Shown here piece after piece: positions 57,726 to 64,000 of a stretch of DNA of 64,000 nt. The DNA lies in the IMG/VR virus record IMGVR_UViG_3300020438_000012, positions 38,474 through 102,473 of that record. The stretch is one strand, 5' to 3'. The translations under genes and the position numbers were made by a program. Under the pieces are notes generated by a model. The model ran no database searches, was not told the origin of the DNA, and worked only from the letters and a program-made list of their open reading frames with translations. The stretch comes from a virus. Every line of letters starts with the position of its first letter. Position 1 is the first letter of the stretch.

Positions 57726-57984
57726 CGGAAAGAAGTTTAATCACGGATACGGTTCAAAGGCCCCCGATGGAATTGGCTATCGGGAGATTGCAGAGCGAAT
57801 GACTGCATCTGGAGATAAGATGAATCATTCAACTGCCCGCAACGTTTGCCTAAGGGCTTTAGAAAAGATTGCCGTTCCTCTTTGCAATGCGTTCTCAGAT
57901 GAACTCGGCAGCGACCCGCAGGTCATTGCAAAGGATCCCAGGTTTCAAGAGAGTATGATCGCCATGCTCCGTGATATTTATTGA
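57712..57984 (+). CDS. Stand-alone HTH resembling sigma region 4.2
   Basis: GYREIAERM…NHSTARNVCLRALEKI; own SD GGAGGAG. Confidence 0.6.
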   Translation: MGMPNGKKFNHGYGSKAPDGIGYREIAERMTASGDKMNHSTARNVCLRALEKIAVPLCNAFSDELGSDPQVIAKDPRFQESMIAMLRDIY

Positions 57985-57988
57985 GGAA

Positions 57989-58270
57989 ATGTTTACTTTC
58001 CTGACAGACAGAATCGCTTCGGTCCGAGCACATACCTCACTTCTCGAGGCTTGTGACTGGGATGACGAGGTGGCTGAAAGAGTGGTGAAAGATCTAGACA
58101 GAAGTTTGGCATCATTTTCCGGTGCTTCACTTAGCGAACTGACTATCCATGTTAGAAAAGATCTTAGAGAAAAATATGATGACGAGATCGTAAAACAGGT
58201 TTTAGATCTCATGAAAGTAGAAGTTTCCATGGAAGTCAGGGAACTGCAAATTACTAGGGGTGAAGCATGA
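57989..58270 (+). CDS. Hypothetical protein
   Basis: ATG after a GAGG SD. Confidence 0.6.
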   Translation: MFTFLTDRIASVRAHTSLLEACDWDDEVAERVVKDLDRSLASFSGASLSELTIHVRKDLREKYDDEIVKQVLDLMKVEVSMEVRELQITRGEA

Positions 58271-58557
58271 ATGTAAGTTGGGATTTTTTCTCGAAGCGTA
58301 GAAGAATTGATTTGAAAGACTTTGTATCAAAGTTTTCTTCGTATAACGAGATTTGTGAATGGTGCGAAGCAAAAGGTGTTAATCCTCCTTCAGAGGCAGC
58401 GGTCAAGGTAATTCTTAATCCGCCAAAGCCTAAACCGGTTAGGAAACCTAGGGTCGCAAAGCCTAAGGCCGTGACCAAAGCTACCAATAAAAATGAAAGC
58501 AGAAATGCCCCACCAGCAAATAAAACCGTGGTAGGAAAAAAGAAGTCGGATGTATAA
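58267..58557 (+). CDS. Hypothetical protein, Lys/Pro-rich tail
   Basis: ATGA-coupled ORF. Confidence 0.6.
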   Translation: MNVSWDFFSKRRRIDLKDFVSKFSSYNEICEWCEAKGVNPPSEAAVKVILNPPKPKPVRKPRVAKPKAVTKATNKNESRNAPPANKTVVGKKKSDV

Positions 58558-58747
58558 ACCCGGGCAGCTAAAAATAGTTCCAAATGGATTTTATCTTGTA
58601 AAAGATGGGAATGCCCCTTACTATTTTAAAGTCTGTGGTGACCAGCCTGGTCTTATACTTGATCGGCTCACAGACAAAAAAGATACAAGATACATCGTTT
58701 TAGTTAACGACAAGCCTTTAATAGTAGAAAGTTTTAAACTAGCCTAG
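58550..58747 (+). CDS. Hypothetical protein
   Basis: Overlapping coupled ORF. Confidence 0.55.
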   Translation: MYKPGQLKIVPNGFYLVKDGNAPYYFKVCGDQPGLILDRLTDKKDTRYIVLVNDKPLIVESFKLA

Positions 58748-58748
58748 A

Positions 58749-58973
58749 GTGGAGAAAATAATGCGACATTTTGTAATTGAACTTGCCAACGAAATCAACC
58801 GAATTGAGAACGAAAAGACATTGCTTACAGAGCAACTCAAGGAGACTTACGCTAGCTATGAAGATAAGTTAGATACAAAGGCATTCAAGGCAGCACTGCG
58901 CATTGCAAAGATCAAGGCGAGGCACAAGGGAAGCGATGTTGAACTTGATAATATTCTTGAAGCTCTTAGCTGA
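58749..58973 (+). CDS. GapR/DUF2312-like (T4 DsbA-like) DNA-binding protein
   Basis: RIENEK..L.EQLKE.YA…DTKAFKAALRIAK pattern. Confidence 0.55.
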   Translation: MEKIMRHFVIELANEINRIENEKTLLTEQLKETYASYEDKLDTKAFKAALRIAKIKARHKGSDVELDNILEALS

Positions 58974-58980
58974 TATTTAT
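58973..58980 (+). promoter_or_regulatory. Putative late promoter ATATTTAT
   Basis: Upstream of 58998. Confidence 0.55.
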
Positions 58981-58997
58981 GTTCGGGAGATCTGGAC

Positions 58998-59465
58998 ATG
59001 AAAGAACTTGAGATTGCAATTAGCCTCGCCCTTGCGGGGCTTCGTATTACGCCAGAACAACAGATGGCAATTTCGGAAGCTAAGTTTGTTGACCTAGTTG
59101 ACCTAGGTCTTTCTCTTGATGAGATTGCAAACCTTAAAAACGCAACTACAAAAGAAATGCAAAGGTCAATTGCTCAGTTTGCATCATACGGCGATAAGAG
59201 CGAGATGCTTTCTGAAGGTCATGGAATGCACATGGACAACATGGCTGCTCGCGACTTTGATTACGGAAGCGGCGAAGCAAAAATGACAAAGCGACAGCTT
59301 TATCACATTGCAAAGAATGCAATGATGCTTCACGAATCATTGATGGATGGCGATGACCTTCCAGAGTGGTGCCAGTCAAAAATTGCCCAAGCTGAACAGG
59401 CCGTCGATGATGTTGCTGAGTATCTAGAATATAAGATGCTTAACAGTATGATGCAAGAGTCTTGA
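58998..59465 (+). CDS. Hypothetical late protein, possibly extended by readthrough to 59654
   Basis: EAKMTKRQL…DDLPEWCQSKI…EYLEY domain; in-frame open segment after the TGA. Confidence 0.7.
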   Translation: MKELEIAISLALAGLRITPEQQMAISEAKFVDLVDLGLSLDEIANLKNATTKEMQRSIAQFASYGDKSEMLSEGHGMHMDNMAARDFDYGSGEAKMTKRQLYHIAKNAMMLHESLMDGDDLPEWCQSKIAQAEQAVDDVAEYLEYKMLNSMMQES

Positions 59466-59656
59466 AGCGGTTCACGCTCAGCGGTCGCTGAGCTCGATGA
59501 GGACGACGATCCTCTCGGCGGTAGCGATCCTGGAGAAGGATATCAGAAAGCAACAGCCAAGAAAATGTTTCTAGATCCACAGAGTGGCGGCTACGAAGAC
59601 AAAAGCAAAGAGAACGTTTTAAGATTCCTAAGAAGCCTAGGCTTGATGTCTTAGCC

Positions 59657-60724
59657 TTACTTCTTTTTCTTTGCTTTAGATTTCTTGACAACAGCCCATG
59701 GTTTAGAAGGAGTCGCAGAGTTAACTCTGGCATGAGCCCACTGGTGTTGCGACATTCCTTTTCTAGATCCGGAAGATGCCCAAGCAGCTAATCCCTTCTT
59801 GTACTCAGCGTAGACTGAACCAGGGGTTAGCCCTCTTTTTTCTGCTTTCTTTTTAAGAGTTGCCTTAGTCTTCTTGCTAAGCTCTTCTCGGATGATACTT
59901 CGGATTCTACGTAGGTCTTTTGATTCGTTCTTTGTATCTTTTCTTTGAACGTTTCGGAAGCTTTTCTTACTTAGCTCTTTCTTTTCCATTCTTTCTCTCC
60001 TACGATATGCTTTTTGTTTAAGCTTTTCGGCTTGCTTTGTTTTACCTTGCTTCTTAAGTTCGGCAGCTTTCTTCAAGTCAGCCTGAGATTGATCAAGTTG
60101 TTTATCTCTCTTCGAACCTTGCGGAGCACCGTACTGCTTAAGGTGAGGCCTATCGGATTCTGCAATTTCATCCTCAGGAACCATATCCATTTCATCTGGG
60201 CCTTTAGGATCGATGCCTACTAACGGACCACGTCCATCTGGCACCACAACTTTGCCTGTGACGTTTTTACCATTTTTCTTGTAAGAAACAGTGTCACCTT
60301 TTTTAACCTCGCTTAGAAGGTCATCCAGTGGCAACAGGCTACTTTCATTTTTTGCTTTTTTATCGGCTGCGTCCATCTGTCTTACCCTTGCATTTGCCCA
60401 ACTACGACCAGGGTTTCCTCCCCACAGAAGCCAGGCAACATAGCCTCGATCTTCGTAGGGCTTTTTGCCTTTGTCGATTTTGGAGTTTTTTTCATGGCGA
60501 TCGAAAAAAGCTTTCATTCGTCGCACAACTCGAGGAGACATGTTGCTTCTTTTTTTCAAGCTAGATGCTCTTGAAACTCCGCTGCCGATTCCTAATGACC
60601 CAGCTTGCTTCGAAGTAAGACCACCACCACCGCCTTTCTTACGATATTCAAGTCCTCGCTCCGCTGCTTTGGCCATGGCCTCAGTAGGTTTAAAATTGAT
60701 ATGAGAATACTTCTTTGCAGGCAT
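59657..60724 (-). CDS. Multi-domain basic phage protein (head-associated domain plus DUF5824-like domain)
   Basis: RMKAFFDRH…GYVAWLLWGG..GRSWA; C-terminal KKGLAAWASSGSRKGMSQHQWAHARVNS; SD GGAG; only convincing minus-strand gene. Confidence 0.7.
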   Translation of the reverse strand: MPAKKYSHINFKPTEAMAKAAERGLEYRKKGGGGGLTSKQAGSLGIGSGVSRASSLKKRSNMSPRVVRRMKAFFDRHEKNSKIDKGKKPYEDRGYVAWLLWGGNPGRSWANARVRQMDAADKKAKNESSLLPLDDLLSEVKKGDTVSYKKNGKNVTGKVVVPDGRGPLVGIDPKGPDEMDMVPEDEIAESDRPHLKQYGAPQGSKRDKQLDQSQADLKKAAELKKQGKTKQAEKLKQKAYRRRERMEKKELSKKSFRNVQRKDTKNESKDLRRIRSIIREELSKKTKATLKKKAEKRGLTPGSVYAEYKKGLAAWASSGSRKGMSQHQWAHARVNSATPSKPWAVVKKSKAKKKK

Positions 60725-60840
60725 TTTGTCTCCAAATATATTTAGTTGCCAAAAACAATAAAATACTCAACTAATATTACACTTTTCGGCGTACAAGTAG
60801 AAACCTCGCAATATAATCAACTAAGTTTTTTGGAGGACCT

Positions 60841-61896
60841 ATGATCATAAGCCCTATTAATAATCATGCGAATCGCACTTACTCGCATCGAACAGGTTGG
60901 GGAAGGATGTGGGCCAACTGTCTTGATACTGAAGTCGGCTTCAATTCCGATTGGTCGAATGAGGAACGTGTCTATCTTGAACACGGCATGGAATGGAAGG
61001 TTGGAGCAAAGTCCATCAACTACTTTCTTGCATCGGAAAAGCAGCTTCAAGAACTTGCAGATGAAAACAAGCAAAGAGTTGCAGATGGAAAAGATTCGAA
61101 GCTTTCTGCTTGGGACAAGCTGGCCGCGAAGGCCCGAATGTTTGAACAGTTTGAAGGTGAGCTGTTCTCCTTAGACGTTGATTGCCCAATGTACGGAACC
61201 CTTCTTAAAACCCGGGTGAAGCCTTGGGTCCCTGATTCATTCCAGAGCTTGGACTTTGACAAAATTGATGAGGTCTGCAGTCGTGCTAAGACAATCAGGC
61301 AAGAGCATCTTGGCCGAGACTTCGTTGTATTTGGAGACTCGCACTCACTTTCTGCATGGCACCCGGAAGCTGCACTATCAAGAAACGACGGGCAAACTTT
61401 AAACGGAGCAATAAAGAAGGGGTTCGACGCCTGGCTTCAGCCGTTTCATGACGAAACACAGATTAAGAAGCTAAGGACTTACCTTGGGAACATTGATATT
61501 CGTCACCACATCTGCCGTATCTACGAACACGAAGATCAGCTTGAAGCTACTCGCAAACTTGTTTGGAGATATTTTGAAGAACTTGGTCGAGTAAAGTTGC
61601 TTTACGGAATTAAACACATCGAAGTTGTTGCAGCAATTCCTATCGAGAACATTAGTCGGAAGTTACCGAAAACTGGTTATCATAAAGGCAAGCCGTACTG
61701 GGGAACTTGGGAACAGCGAACGGCAATAGTCAAAGAGTTCAACGACTATAGTCGACTTCTTTGCGATCATCCAAGCTATAGATTTATTGAGTGGCCAAAT
61801 CATTTTAAAAATGATTCAGACGAGTTAGACTTCCAGTACATGGAGCGACCTCAGTCGGTGCACATCTCGCCAGAACACTACAAGTGGGGCATCTAA
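60841..61896 (+). CDS. Hypothetical protein with SGNH-like motifs, first gene of the modification cassette
   Basis: VFGDSHS, YLGNIDIRHH, SVHISP; SD GGAGG; TATAAT at 60812. Confidence 0.6.
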   Translation: MIISPINNHANRTYSHRTGWGRMWANCLDTEVGFNSDWSNEERVYLEHGMEWKVGAKSINYFLASEKQLQELADENKQRVADGKDSKLSAWDKLAAKARMFEQFEGELFSLDVDCPMYGTLLKTRVKPWVPDSFQSLDFDKIDEVCSRAKTIRQEHLGRDFVVFGDSHSLSAWHPEAALSRNDGQTLNGAIKKGFDAWLQPFHDETQIKKLRTYLGNIDIRHHICRIYEHEDQLEATRKLVWRYFEELGRVKLLYGIKHIEVVAAIPIENISRKLPKTGYHKGKPYWGTWEQRTAIVKEFNDYSRLLCDHPSYRFIEWPNHFKNDSDELDFQYMERPQSVHISPEHYKWGI

Positions 61897-62981
61897 TGGA
61901 AGACAAGATCAGGTTGAATGAGTACTACTACGACTTTCTGGAGTACTATAAAAAGGCAAAGCATGTCCAAGGTCACTCGAACCTTGGAGGTAATCCCTAT
62001 ATTGGTTCTTGCGGTGACGATCTAATCGAAAACGTAACGATTTACGACACGGTTGAACGAAGGCATGCCGGATTTCAGAACATGCTGCAGGACCTTTGGT
62101 TCGGAAGCAATGCTCCAAAGTACTATAAGTGGACTGAAGAACACAAGCAGCGAAATCAATCATATGATAGGCAGCATGAACATTGGTCGGGATCCCGACA
62201 ATGGCTCTGGATCTGCATGTTTCACAGAATCACGGGAAGTGGGGCATCATTTGAGGAAGACCATGGCTATCGAAACACTGTTATCCCAGAGTTGGCAAAG
62301 CTAAAGACGTGCGAAGAAATGGCTGAATGGGTGAAGCATAACGACGACATGCCAATGTTTACCTCAATCGGAAACCAGATACCAATGTTTCCGAGCAAGC
62401 ACCTATGGGAATCTCTTAACAAATCTGGTTTTGAATATAAGACTCCGGGAAAGTTATGGATCAGTGAATGTATGACAGACCTTGTTGATGACACTTGGAA
62501 ATTCATCTTCAAGATTCGTGATCTAGAAAATCGAAAGGCCAACATACGAGAAATTGTAGACTTCATGTGCGAGTGGAACAGGGAAAGAGGGATAAAGCGT
62601 TTCCACTTTCAGTTCACTGCAACCGCGGCTGATATTGCAGATTACTACCCAGACCTTGTAGATCCTTTGTCACACATGTATTATGGTAAGAACGCTAAGG
62701 AATCCATGGACCTGTTCGCTGAAAAGCTAGGTCGCTACAAAAAGGATCTTTACTATGACTACGTAATGGAAGCAGCTGTTAGGGATACTGGCGGTGCCCC
62801 AAGGGACCTCGAGGATGTAATGTGCGATTACATTAGGTGGGTTGAAAACTATATTCCTGATAGCAAGAAGAAAACTTACGAGCATCTTGATCGAACATCA
62901 ATCTGGAATACATCAGCCATTGCTAATCACCCTAAGGGAAGGCAGCGTTGGATGATCGGAACAAACAAATGGGAGTGGTAA
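61896..62981 (+). CDS. Putative amino-acid:DNA transferase (aGPT-PPlase1-like base hypermodification enzyme)
   Basis: DDLIENVTIYDTVERR N-terminal motif, HFQFT..AADIA, PRDLEDVMCDYIRW C-terminal motif. Confidence 0.5.
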   Translation: MEDKIRLNEYYYDFLEYYKKAKHVQGHSNLGGNPYIGSCGDDLIENVTIYDTVERRHAGFQNMLQDLWFGSNAPKYYKWTEEHKQRNQSYDRQHEHWSGSRQWLWICMFHRITGSGASFEEDHGYRNTVIPELAKLKTCEEMAEWVKHNDDMPMFTSIGNQIPMFPSKHLWESLNKSGFEYKTPGKLWISECMTDLVDDTWKFIFKIRDLENRKANIREIVDFMCEWNRERGIKRFHFQFTATAADIADYYPDLVDPLSHMYYGKNAKESMDLFAEKLGRYKKDLYYDYVMEAAVRDTGGAPRDLEDVMCDYIRWVENYIPDSKKKTYEHLDRTSIWNTSAIANHPKGRQRWMIGTNKWEW

Positions 62982-63872
62982 ATGGCACACAATAAGCATG
63001 TAGTTGATGGAATCAACAAAGACCTTCAGCTTCGGACAAAAGAAGAGTGGTTAGCAATGACCGAAGGTTGGGTTGACCCTTATGGTCTGCCGATCGTTGC
63101 TCGTCATGAGGGCGTCAACGTTGTTCGCGATGACCACATGGTCGGATCAAAGTGCCGGTTTGCAGATATGTTGATGGCTTCCACAAAGGAAGATACTATA
63201 GTTTACGTCCAGCCTCGGTTCGGACTAGCGGGGCCTTCTATTGTCGAAGCCGCAAGTCGTTACAACAAGAAGGTTGTTCTGTTTATGCCTGCCTCTAAGA
63301 AGATTTCACAACATCAGGCGGTCTGTATTGAGCGAGGGGCAGAAGTTCGGTTTGTTAGAATTGCTGCAATGCCAAACCTTAACGGATATGCAAAAAAGTG
63401 GGCAGAAGAACGTGGCGCTGCATTCATTCCTCTCGGCCTCCGTCACGAATTAGTAACAGCTTGTGCGGTTCGTGTTGTTGAAAACATCCGAGAGGTTTAC
63501 GGAGATCCGGGTCACGTCTGGTTTGCCATTTCAACCGGCGTGCTTGGCCGCTCACTTCAGATTGGCTGGCAAAATTCTGAGCATCATGCAATTGCAGTTT
63601 CAAGAAATTTAAAGGCTGGAGAACTAGGCGTCGCTTCTGTAGATTCTGATTCACTTGCATTTGCTCAGATGGAAAAGAAACATAACTTCCCTCCTTTTCC
63701 GACCGTTGGAAACTATGATGCAAAAGTTTGGAAGTACATTCCAAAGAATCGACCGGAAGAAAATCACTGGATGTGGAACGTTGGAAAGGAACCAAACTTA
63801 AACGATCAAACTATTTTTGACAAGGTCGACTCGTATCGTGACTGGAACGACAAGAGAGACCTGTTGTCTTAA
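62982..63872 (+). CDS. PLP-dependent fold-type II-like enzyme (cysteine synthase / TrpB-like)
   Basis: VVRDD..VGSKCR (candidate PLP lysine), WFAISTGVLGR loop, YDAKVW. Confidence 0.6.
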   Translation: MAHNKHVVDGINKDLQLRTKEEWLAMTEGWVDPYGLPIVARHEGVNVVRDDHMVGSKCRFADMLMASTKEDTIVYVQPRFGLAGPSIVEAASRYNKKVVLFMPASKKISQHQAVCIERGAEVRFVRIAAMPNLNGYAKKWAEERGAAFIPLGLRHELVTACAVRVVENIREVYGDPGHVWFAISTGVLGRSLQIGWQNSEHHAIAVSRNLKAGELGVASVDSDSLAFAQMEKKHNFPPFPTVGNYDAKVWKYIPKNRPEENHWMWNVGKEPNLNDQTIFDKVDSYRDWNDKRDLLS

Positions 63873-63931
63873 CCCTGAGTGCAGATTCGGCGGTTTGCGT
63901 GTTATAGTAAACATGATCGGAGGTTAAAAAC

Positions 63932-64000
63932 ATGAGACTAGGTTACGCATGCATCAACGAAACGCTAACAAACCAAGGGATCAAGGCAAACCGCACAGCA
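63932..64000 (+). CDS. uvsE: UV-damage endonuclease, N-terminus (truncated by window end)
   Basis: MRLGYACIN… after a GGAGG SD; only 23 codons visible. Confidence 0.65.
   Translation, partial: MRLGYACINETLTNQGIKANRTA

Noticed and set aside
60738-60745. ATATTTAG as the promoter of the minus-strand 59657-60724 gene
   Set aside because: The motif is on the plus strand, opposite to that gene; its role is ambiguous, so it was not called.
1-64000. Genome-wide stop-codon reassignment
   Set aside because: Conserved genes are intact in code 11, and TAA, TAG and TGA all end genes at expected C-termini, often overlapping the next start; only one local anomaly (59463).
1-64000. tRNA or rRNA genes
   Set aside because: Intergenic gaps are short and I saw no cloverleaf or T-loop signatures; tRNAscan-SE would be decisive.

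Overview
This window is a dense, almost entirely plus-strand segment of a large T4-superfamily-like myovirus (jumbo-phage style) genome read in the standard genetic code. 1-27 kb is a virion module: end of the major capsid gene, two paralogous decoration-like genes, neck and tail-terminator proteins, two >1000-aa sheath paralogues, tube, tail chaperone with a probable +1 frameshift, tape measure and baseplate genes. 27-45 kb is replication and nucleotide metabolism: PolA polymerase domain, HD protein, gp32-like SSB, RecA/UvsX, 5'-3' exonuclease, helicase, class II RNR, DnaE, a thymidylate-synthase-family enzyme, dUTPase, DHH protein and dCMP deaminase. 45-64 kb holds late hypothetical proteins, GroEL, a sigma70-like factor apparently split into two genes, a probable base-hypermodification cassette and the start of uvsE. 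The most striking feature is an array of 11 consecutive short genes between the tube and chaperone genes (plus 2 more at 30 kb). They share a ~45-nt / 15-aa leader (MKITKRQLRRIIKEE) followed by an (I/L)xE motif and mostly unrelated payloads, which looks like a modular capsid-cargo addressing system. Two promoter classes are visible by eye: a late-type ATAYTTAK octamer and a sigma70-like class with an atypical -35. All product calls come from motif recognition only; no searches were run.
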